A stretch of DNA of 64,000 bases from Camelus ferus (lineage: Eukaryota), in contig NC_045707.1 in assembly GCF_009834535.1 (NCBI RefSeq), positions 57,166,001 to 57,230,000 of the forward strand, given 5' to 3'. The notes beneath the pieces are model-generated. The model had not been told where the DNA came from. It ran no database searches and saw only the letters and a program-made list of their open reading frames with translations. The position numbers were made by a program, and so were the translations under genes. How positions within the stretch are numbered: the stretch's first letter is position 1; each line of letters opens with the position of its first letter. Shown one piece after another: positions 38,913 to 51,915 of the stretch.

Positions 38913-40519
38913 ATTTGGCCCCATCATCATTCTAGTCCAAGAAAATAAATTCAAAGCATATAGTCTTCTGATTTCATCGAGTTAACTTTCAGAAACATCA
39001 GAGGTGAACCAGCCCAAAGATAAGACAAATCATCCAATAAGAACCTAACAATAAATGACAGAAATAAATTCATTAAGCAAACGTAAAGAATAAAAACTAT
39101 GGACTGGACTTCCACGTTTCCAAAATGGCCAAGTAAGGTAAATGGCTGAAGCAGAGCTTTAGATGCAGAAAGATATAAGCCTTCACAGCCACACAATGCA
39201 TGAAAATAAGGAATATTCTCACCTTATTAAAATTTTTAAATTTCCCAACATAAAAATAAAATTGCAATGTGGAGACAAGTGATATTTCTGGAAATAATTA
39301 TTTCTCTTAGACAAGGATTAAATTTTTTTTTTTTACTTTTGAATGAAAGAGCTATTAAATGTTCTATTCGTGAATTCATTCAGTCTGTAGTATGAGCTTA
39401 TGCTCTGAGGCCTGTATTAGGCACTGAATAGATAAAATAAACAAACAAACAAATTAATTAATTAATTAAATATTCTATTCTCTCGGCGCTTTTACTCTGG
39501 TCAGGAAGTACATTAATAAATAAGTAGGTACACCAATAATATACACTAAGTAATACACTGAGTACTATAGTAATACACTAAGTAATATAGAAGGCAAGAA
39601 TGAGCCAGTGCTGGGAGAAAGTGTAAGTATATACGTAAAGTAGTCTGGACTTCAAAGTTTGGTGAGATAACATCTAGCATTAGGGGAAGTGAAAAGAAGT
39701 GAATTTACACTTCAAACAGTAATCCTGCTTTCAGAAACAACGTAATCTCTCTAAAAATCTGACTGAGAAAATTCAAGGGGATTGCTTGTCTTGTTGCTAT
39801 TTTGAATTGCTACAAATACTATCTTCAGACAATTTCGTTTTGAATACATAGCTGTGAACATGGAAAAAGGAAGCTAGGAAATACCAAGATGTTGTTTTCT
39901 CATGTTTTCCTTCCATTACTCTCTATTTAAATTGGTCGAATACTTATCTTCTTTATATGGAGTACTTTCAGAATTTACCTTAAATTTCATTAATTGAAAA
40001 GTTGCTCAAATAAGGTTCCAGTTACAATTTTGATTAAAATTTGAATCAACAGTTGGTTTACACCCATCTTCAATTTCCAATGAAATGTGTTTCTGGGAAA
40101 CCACATCACGTTGCTTTGCAGTGTACAAATTAGCTCACAAAAATAATGAGGCTTATGGGAAAATTAGGTTAAGACAGACCACTCAAAAATCAACATAACT
40201 ACAGACTTTTAAAGTTAATAAAAGTACTAACAACACAGCATCACCTTCATTAGATCATTTACAGTCTTAACCCTGGGGCTCATGCTTCCTGCTTTAAGAT
40301 ATTCTTCTGGAAGGCATTTGCTTCCTAATTTCCTTCCAAGGATATCTAGTCAAGACTGGAAGACTGTAGATTTTGTCATTAATTAATTTTAAAACAGAGG
40401 ACAATGTCCTCATCTTTAGATTTTTAAAACCACTTAAGCAACAACACTTGCACTTAAAGAATCTTCATTTTTTCTCCTTAAGGTTTCCAAATATTGATAA
40501 GGTATCCTCTTCAACTGTG

Positions 40520-41330
40520 AGAAAGTCTCTCACCAAAACTTGCTAACATGGTAACAATCCAATAGGAAAAAGAATGGATGAAAGGTATGAATGGGCACTT
40601 CTGGAAAGTCGAACAACAAATGGCCCACAAGCATAGGAAAAGGAGCTCAACTGCACTGGCCACAAGGAAATTAAAGCTACAAGGCAATAGCGCTGCACAT
40701 TCACTCGAAGGGCTCAAATTAAAAAAGACTTGGTATTGTCAACACCAAGTGTTGGCAACTGGCATTCTCATACACCATGAGTGGGAATGTAAGTTGGTAC
40801 AACTACTCTGGAAAATTGTTTAGCCCTATCTATGTAAACCAAGCATATGCCTGCCCTATATGTCAGCCATCTCACTCCTAAGTACATCCCCAAAACAAAT
40901 GCACATACATTGCCACCAAATTTTGTACACAAATATGTTCATATCAGCATTATTCGTAATAGTCCCCAAACTAGTCATGACGCAAGTGACCAAAATATAA
41001 TCTCCTGCAACGAAATGGAAGAATCTCAAAAACAAAAAGTTGAATGAAAAGAAAGCCAAACACAAATGAGTACATAGTATTATGCAGTTTATACAAAGTT
41101 TTAAAAAGCAAGTAAACCTCATCACAGATGGTGTTTAGATGTCTGAATAACAACCACATGAGTGCTGAGAAATGACCAAAAGGAGGTGTGAGTCCTTCTC
41201 AAGGTGGGAATATTCTGTCTCCTGGTCTGGTGACATGGATGTGTTCTGTTTGTGAAAATCTAACATGTTTATACCGATGACCTGTGCACTCATTTAAATG
41301 TATATTACATTTCAATATAAATTTTAAAAA
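40520..41330 (+). mobile_element. Old L1 (L1ME/L1MC-like) ORF2 C-terminus and 3' UTR
   Basis: ORF 40578..40823 ends WECKLVQLLWK (L1 ORF2 C-terminus); terminus tatattacatttcaatataaattttaaaaa. Confidence 0.85.
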
Positions 41331-42474
41331 CTGCATGCTAGGAAAACACATAAACCATTATAAATTCGATCTCATTCTAGCCTCATTCATTGATTTGCCA
41401 AGCATGGAAAAGGTAATCTACCTGACAGAGACACCACTTTCTTAGTGGCACAGTGGCGTAACACAACTGAAGTAGTTATTGGTTATTTAGGAAGTTTAAG
41501 GAAAGAAAACTAATCATATGCACAGTTGTACATTTTCTCCTCAAGAAGGCAAACTCTGGTGGGGCTCAATGTCTACATGTTCTGATTTTTGTGTTTTAGG
41601 GTTTTGCCTCAGTAAATATTGATGATGTTACAGACAAAAAAATATCAGATTATCCTACCCTGACATGTTTCTGACAAGATGGACTTCACATTTTGAAAAG
41701 AGCTCCCTAAAGGGCAGGGGTTGGAGAAAGGACTTCTCATGGGTCATGGCCCCTGATTTCAGAGTAATTTTCTTCTCTAAATTATTCAGTCCTCATAATT
41801 ACAGTCACTGCCATAATTATATTTCAAAAATTACCTTAATAGAGATAATAGACACTTTCAGTTTGAATTAAATCAGGACAACTTAGTACATAGTAAGTTT
41901 CACCAAATTTCCCTGTGTGTGTGTATATATATATTCATGAAAATTTCTGAAATGCCCTTTAGGGGTTCATATTTTTATTTAGTGAATAGATACATAAAAA
42001 TTCATAATTGCTTGAATACCTGAAAAAGCAAACTCACCACATACAGAGGTAAATTCAAAACAAAATTAGATATGGAGAAAATAAACTCAAAGAAGGAATT
42101 TGATGAATACTGTATGATGATGAATGATGAATACTGTATACAATCTATACACACACTTGCAAACATAAACTTACACACACTCCTTTATTTCACTGAGGTT
42201 TGATATAACAACTAACTTGAAAAGAGTGAAGAGAAGAACACAATAAACACATGTCTCCTGGAATGCAGATCTGAGTTGTAGGTGCGGGAAATTCAAGGAA
42301 GAAATATTCATCTTGATCTACTGAGCGAAATATAAATAAACTCAATTTCTTCACAGTTGGTGAGAAGTGAGAAACTATTGGGAAAGAAGATCAAGTCCTG
42401 CTACTGACACCATTCAAAGATAAGCAGTTCCTGCCATAAAAGAAGCTAGAGTCACTTAGAAATTCTAAATGGTA

Positions 42475-43000
42475 TTTCATTCATTCATTCATCATTCAAC
42501 AAACGTTTACTACATGCCAGGCACTATCCTGTGACCAAACAAAAATCCCCTACCCTCATGGAACTGACATAGTAGAAGAAGAAACAACACTAAAGAAGAT
42601 AGATGAGTAAAATACAAAGGATGGGACTGAGTAATAAATAAACGGTTAAATTTTTAAAAGAAAGCAGAAAAGAGAAGCATGAAGTCTGGCTGGGAACCTC
42701 TGTATTTAATGTGGCCAAGGAAGATCTCACTGAGAAAGCAGCAGCATCCGGGTACCAGGAACCCTAAGATGTCTGGAAGAACCACCCCAAGCAGAAGGCA
42801 GGCAAGTACAAGGGCTGTAAGGTGGGAGGGGTGTAAGCGGGGAGAGCGGACGGCAAGAGGTGGGGGCGGGGTGCGCAGTGCAGTGGGGCTGGGAAGTAGG
42901 TCACGGGAGCCAGACCACACAGAACCACAGCTCACAGGGAGGGGCACTGGCTCTTTTTCTCTTCCTTCCACCGCCCTTAGGATAAAGTACAAATCCATAG
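42475..43000 (-). mobile_element. L2 3' portion
   Basis: ttcattcattcattcatcattcaacaaacgtttactacatgccaggcact...cctaccctcatggaactgacatag. Confidence 0.85.
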
Positions 43001-44589
43001 TGTGGCACTGAGAGTCCCCGAGTCTGGCTCGCTGGAGCCCAGTCTCCTTCCCCCGCTGCTGCTGCGCTTATGCTGAAGCCACCGTGCAGGCCCTGGATTC
43101 CCTCCTTCCAGTACCTCTGCATGTGCCATTCCTTCTGTCCCCAGGACCCTCCCTCTCCTCACCGTGTCTCTCCCCACTTTTGGTGCTTTGGGCTAATTTT
43201 AGACGCTGACTCTCCCAAAAGCCTTCCCATGCCCTATTCTGAGTTGGGTGCCTTCCCATGTGTTTCCACAAAATGTAACACACAATATAACAATACCCCG
43301 CAGAACCTCTGTTAGGTTTTCATGGTTTTTTAGCTCCTTAAAAAGAAACAATGAGCCCATTTACCCGGACCCCTTGTTCCTAACAGGGTTTGGGTACAAA
43401 ACAAGTTTGTGTTGAATGCAGCAAGAGATCTTGAACCAGGCCAAATCTCTCTACAAAAAAATCTTAATAGAGGGGTGGTTTAATTATCAGCTTTGCATAA
43501 AAAGATGACAGTTTGGGAAAAGTTCTACTTCTGTATCATTCTGTAAAATCACCAGATCCTTCACGCCACTGAAACACTTTAGCCTAAAATTTCTTGGTTC
43601 ACTAATTAAGCAAGAAATGCTAACTTAAGTTTTACCTAAGCAGAAACTCCCAACAGAAATGAGACAGGGGAGATTAACACAAGTACAAAGGCACTTCTTT
43701 TTGTTTGTTCTCAACAGCATTACCCATTAAATCTTTCTTTCTCGGTCCTCTCTACTTAGTAAAATAAAAGCCACAGGGAACCAGGAGAGGTGATCAAAGT
43801 GGAGCACAATGCCTCCCTCTTTCCTAACAGTCCTTCCTTTAGTACTTTAGAGAAGAAAAGCCTGGGGAATCTGAAGCTGTCAGCAGGTGAGAGAAACAGG
43901 CCTTTTAAGTACTTTGATGTCAGGCTAAACTGAAACCAATGAACCAGCACAAACCTCAAAAGGGTCTGAGTCTAGACTCAATATCAGAAAATCAAGATGA
44001 GTTAGCAGAATGGCTTTTAAGCAAAATAGATGGTGTATTTATCGTATGTACATACTGATTAAAAAGAAAACAACAGAAAATGAGAATAGCAACAACCATT
44101 ATTTAACTCTTCCTATTTTATGTTTCTAAAGCATTTTCTTTGACTCTGATGCTTGGTTGTAACATCATTAAATTCAATATGGTGATATAGACACCATTTT
44201 TATAATATATCAATAAGCTTCCTAATCAGTATATCAATCCAGTATCTTAATATTAGCCTGTCTTAATTATTAATAAAGGTGACTGTGGTAATATGCTCAA
44301 ATCATAGGATTAAGCTTTTAAACATAGACTAAAATTAGTTACCTAAAGCTAAAAATGCAACCTATAATAAAACACAAAGTGTAACAAGTTATCAGGAAAT
44401 TAATGCTATCTCATAACAAAACATGCCTCAGATGAATAACAAGGTCACTTGGTAACAGTTTCTTTCCTCCTCAGCCCCAGTGTGAGCTCTCTCTCTCTGT
44501 ATAATTCATCCTGAAAATACACAGTTCCCACTTACAGAACAACGAAAAGTTCCCAACAGTATACTTGCCACATTAATTTTCCTTTGTTC

Positions 44590-44960
44590 TGTAGTCTGCT
44601 GCCCAACATTTGAACTCCCTTCTTGCTGGATTAGAATTCCCCTAGTATGAGTCCTAGGAGGAGTCCATTCCTACCATGAAATCAAAACACAACAAGACAT
44701 TTCCTCCCCAGTGTCTGGTACATTAGGCATGAAACCTGAATCTAGCCAACTAGATATTCCTACTCTGTCAATCTAGAAGTCAAGTCAGCAGGTCTAGTTA
44801 CCAGACAATTTGCAGGTTCTCCTTAACTCTCCACCACTGCCTCTTCTTCCTTGGGGTGTGCCATTTTCTCTCAGCCTAGTTAAGTCTCCCCTGTTCATAA
44901 ATTCCTCTTATATTCAAATCAGCTGAAGTTAGAATTTGTTGCTGCCGCCAGGCTGATACC
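44590..44960 (+). mobile_element. Ancient ERVL/MaLR-type LTR
   Basis: tgtagtctgctgcccaacatttgaactcccttc...taaattcctcttatattcaaatcagctgaagttagaatttgttgctgc..ctgatac. Confidence 0.55.
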
Positions 44961-45254
44961 CAGCCTGAGCAAAACCACCTCGTTTTCTTTCTTGACTGTT
45001 TTGTAGCAACTCAGGGTTGGGGCAGTAATTGCTGCATCTCATTTGCCTCTCTCGAAATCTCTTAGCAGGCTAAAGAGGAATACTGCTGATGCAAAATGCA
45101 TATAGCTCCAGAGAGTCAGGAGAGTTGACCAGATGCTCTAAAAATTGAATGGCAACCCTAAATGTGTTTTTTTTATAAGGCAAAATAAAAGAATTCATTC
45201 AAAAAGCCTTCTCATAAAGCAAAGGCTTCTAAACCCTAGCATGCTCTGCTCAAC

Positions 45255-45472
45255 TAGTGGTTCTCAACTAGTGGTGACCTTGCCACCCCAGGGATATTTC
45301 AGCAGCATTTGTAGACATTTTTGATCATTATGACTGGAAGAGTAGTGCATATAATGGGTATAATGGGTGGAGATGAGGAATGCTGCTAAATATCCTACAA
45401 TGTACATAACAGTCCCCTGAAATAAAGAATTACCTGGCCTAAAATGTCAACAGTGTCAAGGCTATTGCCCTC
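45255..45472 (+). mobile_element. MER20 (hAT-Charlie)
   Basis: agtggttctcaac...ccccagggatattt...agacatttttgat...atgctgctaaatatcctacaatg...aaaatgtcaacagtgtcaaggct. Confidence 0.9.
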
Positions 45473-46344
45473 TACTATATATACCTCCCCTCAAATCATA
45501 TACAAATAAGTGTCCTCACAGAGCTAGAATAATTCTCCCACATCCACAATACCCAAATACTTTTATAATTACTTATGAAATCTCATTTCTACCCTAATAT
45601 TAAAAGAAAAAAAAATCTCATAACTCATCTGTCAATATCATGACTCACCTGAGAACTACCCAGATGGGAAAGAATTAAAAATGAGCAAATAAGGGAAAGA
45701 AGTGAGCATGTGCAGAGAGCTTTAAAGGGCCAGGAGTGCCTGAGGGAGTGACAGGACATCTAGGGTCAAAAAGAGTTGTGTTCATGGCCAAGAATGTAGG
45801 GAAATGAAGCTTGGAAGGATGCTGTGATCAGATTCCAAAGTGTCTTATTCATCACAGGTGTCCAGATTTTGCTTTCTGAATAACAGTAAACTTAAGGAAA
45901 AGATTTTTAAGTGGGGTAGAGAAATATGTTGTTTCTTTGGACGAAAACCCCAGTGTCACTTTAGGTGACGATCTGACAAGAGCAGCCTGGTTATAGGACA
46001 GTTAGAGACTGCTTCAATAGTACAAGAGCCATAAACAGTGGCTGGACAAAGGTGACGGCAATGTGGATGGAAAACAAAGGCTACTGAGAATATAAGCACG
46101 TTCTTAGAGATTTGTTAACCTCTCTCTGTAAAATAAGTATCTTCTGGTACTGTAAAATATAAATGGAAGGGATAAAAACACTTTAAATGTATGAACACAC
46201 CTATGTTTATTTCCAGTGTGCACCAAAAGTATAGTAACATGTCAATGAATCAAGAGAACTAAGGTTATTCAATGAGAACATATGCCATTTAAATAATTTC
46301 TGTATGATTTCCAAATAGCATATATAGAAAGTTTATGATATTAC

Positions 46345-46489
46345 CTGCTCCAGGACTTCTTTATAGGTAATAGTGGCTTTAGTATCTGTGACAGGACTGT
46401 CATAAATGATAGCAATCTTATCTCCTTTACCATTTTCAATATGACGATCGATGGCATTGTAACAGATGTTAAGCATCCCTTCAACAAAC
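46345..46489 (-). CDS. ACSS3: ACSS3 exon 2 (145 nt): (W)FVEGMLNICYNAIDRHIENGKGDKIAIIYDSPVTDTKATITYKEVLEQ
   Basis: Manual translation; acceptor tttttcag|G, donor CAG|gtaata; typical ACS N-terminal LNxxxNxxDRH motif. Confidence 0.96.
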
Positions 46490-47584
46490 CTGAAAAATAA
46501 TTGGAAAGTAAACGTTAGCGACTCCTTTCAAAATATATTGTTGCTTAACTAGGTTCTTATTGTTCTACTTTGGCAGAGCTGCCCTTAAAAACAGTGTTGC
46601 CCGGGGAATGTTCTACCAGGTAATTATGGCCGTAAACTATTTAAGAAGGTAGAAATGACAACTTAATTTTAATAAATATCTATTTATTTTCATGAGCGCA
46701 GGAAGAAAATATACCTTGCACTTCAAGGTGACAATTTTTTTGGATTTTATTACTGAGGATGAAATTAGAGCACACAGCACCAAAGAATCTACTTTACATG
46801 GATGGAATGAATCGCACAGAAGTGCAGCACAGACGCATTAAGCCAGGAGGGCAAACGGTAGATGCATGACTGAAGTCTGAGTACCTGCTGTAAAAAGAAA
46901 AACTTACTGGAAAAATCACTTCTTTTTTGAAAGATATATATATGTCTTATTTGTCTGTTTCAATTAAATATGATGCCTCCAATTTCACAAGGAATAGGTA
47001 AGTTCTATTCTGCATGTTTGAAATGCTTCATAATTTGAGTAAAGAATCAACCTGCACATAAAATGTTAATAAAGTTTAAAAACTGTTCAATTCAGTACTC
47101 TTTATCTCCTAATTTCTGAATGCATCCCTTTGAAAATAAAAAACATAATGTAGATAGAAAGAGATCATCTTTAAGAAAATTATAGCTCATTTTCCAGAAA
47201 GAAAAAGTTTTGAATTTGCCACTTTTCTTTAGGAGGAGGGTATTAGGTAAAAAATACCATTTGTCTCAATGTCAGACAAGCAAATATTATAACATTTCAA
47301 AATAACAGGAAGAAAATATTGAAGCAATAAGAAAAAGTCCTGTTAAATAGCTGAGTATCACCTTCGGGTCTTTACTCAAAGAGCCCTGTGTGAAATGAAG
47401 CAGGGAATTAAGAACACCTATAGATACAAACGGCAGCATTAAGAAATAATAGATACAGAAGGCAGCAGGAGGAAGGATCAATTAACCAGCATCAAATGAC
47501 CTTACACACTCCACTAACAGAAAATATGATGACTTTACAATCCAGCACAGTAAGTAATTAATGTAAAAATTCTGAATTGCCAAG

Positions 47585-48080
47585 TGTGATAGATTGATGT
47601 TTATTCAAAATCACTGTCTTTTCCCCTCACCTCTACTTCTATTAAAAATATTTTGTCTCTTCCTCTTGCCTCCATCTCTATCAGTGGAGAATACTTCCCT
47701 TGATTTGGGGGTCATCCATGTGACTCGCTTTGGCTAATCAGCAGACAATGCATGCACCTGTTTGAAAGCTCTTAGCGCGATTGGGCTTGCTCTCCTGCAC
47801 CTCCACTTTCTCCAGGAGAGGAGACCCCAGAAATGACTGCTGCCTCCTCCTCAGCCTGGTGCCCAGACGGATATTTGCAGGTGGGAGCAGAGTCCAAAAG
47901 AAGCAAGGAGCCCAACCCAGCCAGAGAGATGTCTTAGAGCAACTGTTTCAGCCATTCCCATCCCAGATCAGCTGATTCCATGACAACCTACAGATTAACC
48001 AATTAATAAATATCTTCTGATTTGGAGATTTTTATGGTAACTTGAAATGCAGCATAAATGTGGCCGTAAGTAACTAATAT
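47585..48080 (+). mobile_element. MLT1 (ERVL-MaLR) LTR
   Basis: catccatgtgactcgctttggctaat; end gcagcataaatgtggccgtaagtaactaat. Confidence 0.7.
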
Positions 48081-48434
48081 GCCAAGAAAAATGTAAATCT
48101 GACACAACATTTTGGCAAAAATAGGAGAGATATTTCATAGAATTTCCCCACAAAATATTTACTTGCATTTTGTTTTTCGGTTTTGATTTTTCTGTTTCTG
48201 AAAAGAACACATTTCAGACACATGGAAGACTGACTCATCGGAGCACTTCTTGATGATATCATTACACTCTTTATCTGTAATGCCTACTCTACACTCCTTG
48301 TGCTCAATATTTAATTATGCCCCTAACACTTCACCAAAAAAAAATCCCACTTAATTCCAAACATTCATGAGGACTCACGTTATCATTTGCCTGATTGTTC
48401 TCCAACTTCCTACTTGTTCCTTCTAAATATCTAT

Positions 48435-48824
48435 TGAAGGAGGTTACATAGAGAATGTGACCCCAGGTTGACCTGAGAGCTAGACAGGCAGTAGGAAGCT
48501 CCCCACTGCCCCTCCTGTCCTTGGAAAGTGTGTCCCACCTACTATCCCCACACTAGTAGTTGTTTCAAGGACATAACCTTGAGAAAGCAATGTGTTGTTG
48601 AGACCACTTGGACTGAATACTTGACTGAATCCAGTTAAGGCCCCTACTTTTAAGATGCTGGTAGGTGAGTGCAGAGATCTGCTCATCCTGTGGCCAACCA
48701 AGACATGCCTCATATGCAAGCTTCCTTGCTTATTAAACCTGCCACCTGCCATTCTGGAGGGGCACACCTCTCTCTTTGGTTTCTCCTTGCCCTCCATGAA
48801 GGGGGGCCAGTTTGGAAACCAACG
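48435..48824 (+). mobile_element. Solo LTR (~390 bp, probably ERVL class) inserted in L2
   Basis: Starts TG, ends aaccaacg (decayed CA); attaaa polyA signal near 48733; 5-bp TSD tctat/tcttt. Confidence 0.75.
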
Positions 48825-48829
48825 TCTTT

Positions 48830-49620
48830 CAGGAAATCTTCCTTTGTCAAATCTTTAATAGACAGTGATTCTTAACATTCTATTTCCATCTCTTAGCTCA
48901 CTCTGCATATGTTCCCTGGGTGATCTCAACACTTCTGTGATGTCAACCTCCATCTTTAGCTCCAGCTCTGATCTCCTTTCTGAACTCCATACTCTTATAG
49001 CCAATAGCCTGTTAAACATCTCTACTTGGAAATAATGTATGTCCAAAATTATAATCATTTTCACCCCACCTCCAACCCACAGCCCCATCCCAATTGCAAA
49101 CTCACTCCTCCTCCTGTATTCCATATTTCAAGGGACCACCTTGCACCCAGGGCAAGGTTTAGAAACTCAAAAGTTCGATTCCTTCTTTATCTACATTTAT
49201 TCAATTATATGTAATGTCACATCTATCTCTGTAATTGTTCAGTTCTCACATTAATAATCTGGATTACAATTACCACTTCCTAATCAATTTCCTTGCCCTA
49301 GGCCTTACCCTGTCCTCTCAAGTCATATTTCTAAGCTACTAGAATGTCTTTCCTCAAAGTAAATATTATCACATCAAATGGTGCTCAAACTCATTTAATA
49401 CCTTTCCATAAAGTGCAGGAAAAAAACTATGTTTCTTTAGATGACATGCAATACCCATTCATCTATTCAGCTTCATTTTCCCTCATCCAGCTTCCCACAC
49501 TCCAGCTATACTGAATTACAAAATGTGCAATTCCTTAAATTCAGTTAGCTGTTACTTCTGTGTCTGTCCTTCTCCTTTACCACCACCCTCTCCCAAGTAG
49601 TTCCAAAGCCCTGTGCACAT
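48830..49620 (+). mobile_element. L2 LINE (resumes ~50255-50432 after the LTR)
   Basis: ctccagctctgatctcctttctgaactccatactcttatagccaatagcctgttaaacatctctacttgg; tail taggcatccaataaatatttgataaatgaat. Confidence 0.85.
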
Positions 49621-49625
49621 ATCAT

Positions 49626-50252
49626 TGTCAAACCCAAGTTAGGGTGCCCAATGCACAGTGAAGCCAAACAAACCTAAACGTCAGAGTTGGAGCAGAGAAA
49701 GGTTTATTGCAAGAGCCATGTAAGGAGAATGGGTGGCTCATGCTCAAAAAGACCCAAACTCCGCGATGGGTTTCAGGGAAGAGTTTTTAAGGTGAAGGTG
49801 AGGGAGGGGAGCAACAGGGTGTGTGATCAGCTCATGCACCAGTTAATGGTGAGGTAACAGAGCAGTGTCACAGGAGTCAACACTATCAATCCTCAGGCTC
49901 CAGTAGGTCTGGGGACTATGTACTCATGGTTGTCAAGTAGTTAACTTCTTCCATTTGGTTGGGGTTTTAGTATCTAAAACAACTCAGGAATGTCCATTAG
50001 ATACTGTTATCAATATACTTCAGGGAGGAACTAAAGATTCTGTGACTGCCCTCTAGCTGTACTGTTTAAATTATTACCAACTCTCCTGGTCCAGCTGCTA
50101 CTTTTGTCACTACATGTTTACATCCTTTCAATCACTAATTCTTGAGCCAGATTCTTATAACTCAGGGAAGGCCTGGGAGACTATAGCTTTTCTACAAACA
50201 AGACACAGTCAGAAGACATGGGGAAGGCTCCATAGGGTGCTGCTTGATTACA
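49626..50252 (-). mobile_element. Solo ERV1-type LTR (627 bp)
   Basis: TG...CA termini (tgtcaaaccc ... cttgattaca); reverse polyA signal tttatt near 49703; interrupts L2. Confidence 0.85.
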
Positions 50253-51729
50253 GTATCTCTACGATAGTACTTCTCATATTGCATTAATAACTGGTCCACT
50301 TACTTAAATGTTTCCTTCATTATACTGCACCCTACCTGAGAGCAGAGACTGTTAGATTTTCCTTGTAGAATGAGGATCAGTTATAGCTCTTGTCACATAT
50401 TAGGCATCCAATAAATATTTGATAAATGAATAAACAAAAATACTAGTAAATTTTCAACAAGCATTGTATTTAGGATCCAGGTATACTTGTGAGGGTAGTT
50501 TTTAACTATTTTATTTTAAAATTGAGGGACTAGAGACTTTAAAAAATAATGCTCAGGACATTTGACTAAGAAATGGAGAAAGCCATACCTGCAATCCAAG
50601 TCTGTAGACATCCAGACTGGTGCCCTAGTCCACAATACCATATTCATTCATTCTTTTATAAATAACATATTTTTTCTATCCTCAAGTTAACTGATTCTTT
50701 TTTGGTTTTCATTCTGCTGTTGAACACATTTAGGGAGTTTTTATTTTAGTAATTGTATTTTTCAGTTCTAAAATTGCCATTTGGTTTTTCTTTATATCTT
50801 TATTTCTTTGCTGAGTCTTTCTATTTCTTTATTGAGACTTTAAAAAAATGTTTCAAATGTGTTTAAAGTTGCTTGTTGAAACATTTTCATGATGGCTGCT
50901 TTAAAATCCTGATAGCTTCAGTCTCTGTGTCGTCTCAGGGGCATCTATGGAGTGCTTTTCTCATTCAAGGTGACATTGTCCTGGTTCTTGATATGACAAG
51001 TGATTCTCCTTTGTATCCTGGACTTTGTAGGTATTTTATTATGAGATTCTGGAGCTTATTTAATGATTCTATTCAAATCTTCTGTTTTAGCAGCTCTTCT
51101 CTGACACTCTGCCAGTGGGACAACTCATTACTGCCAAGTTCAGGAGTAAGTTCCAGCTACCCATTAGGCCTCTGCTGACACTCATGTGGGTGAGGGGTAT
51201 CTCTTTAGTGCTGGGCTAGGGCCAAAGTTCAGGATCTCACTAGGCTTCCATGACACCGCCCCAAATGAGAAGGAGGAACAGCACCTCATTATGACTCCTT
51301 ACATGAACTCCACAGACACTGCTAGGTGCAAGGGCCTCCTCACCTCTTTATCTTAGCTGGAATGAAAGCTCTGACTCCACCTTCTCTGACACCACCAAGG
51401 GAGGTGGCAATGTTTAGGGCAACTTGTTACAGCCTGGCAAGAGTAGAAGTCTAGATTCTCCACCACCAGAATGGAGAATCAAACTCCACCTTAATACTGG
51501 TGAGAATGGAATTGGGGCCAAGGAGTTTTCTGTGGTGTTTGACTGGATTAGGGTGCTTACTGTCCAAAAATGTTCTATCCTGGCACCCTGCCCCACGCCC
51601 CTTTTTTGGGAGAGGCCCAAAGAGAGGCTTTTGTTGGGACTTCTCTTTTTCCTTGTACCCACTGATGTTTCTGAGTTGCCAGCTTCGCCAGGACTCAGTC
51701 TAGGATATATAATGCAAAAAAGAAAATCC

Positions 51730-51882
51730 GGGAGGGTATAGGTCAAATGGTAGAGTGCATGCTTAGCATGTAAGAGGTCCTGGGTTCAATCCCCAGCACC
51801 TCCTGTAAAAATAAATAAATAAATAGACCTAATTACCCCCCCCATGAAATTAAAAAAGAAACATAAAAAAAAAAAGGATCAT
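51730..51882 (+). mobile_element. tRNA-Ala-derived camelid SINE (Vic-1 type)
   Basis: ggtagagtgcatgcttagcatgtaagaggtcctgggttcaatccccagcacctcc; 14-bp TSD aaaaaagaaaatcc at 51716-51729 and 51883-51896. Confidence 0.92.
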
Positions 51883-51915
51883 AAAAAAGAAAATCCAATG
51901 AACTCAGTGCCATAT

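Larger units (their letters stand above)
9524..46489 (-). other. ACSS3: ACSS3 gene, partial (span of coding exons 2-7); flanks are intron 7 (1-9523) and intron 1 (46490-64000)
   Basis: Six GT-AG-bounded exons (787 nt) splice into one uninterrupted frame matching acyl-CoA synthetase short-chain family member 3. Introns are 19576, 3640, 4465, 8414 and 84 nt. Confidence 0.97.

Noticed and set aside
39540..39590. Repeated taatacact(a/g)ag units resembling a mini array
   Set aside because: This is a short degenerate tandem repeat with no unique spacers. It is not CRISPR-like, and the context is eukaryotic.
42654..43315. Cluster of overlapping ORFs on both strands
   Set aside because: They result from locally high GC within L2 sequence and show no protein similarity that I recognise.
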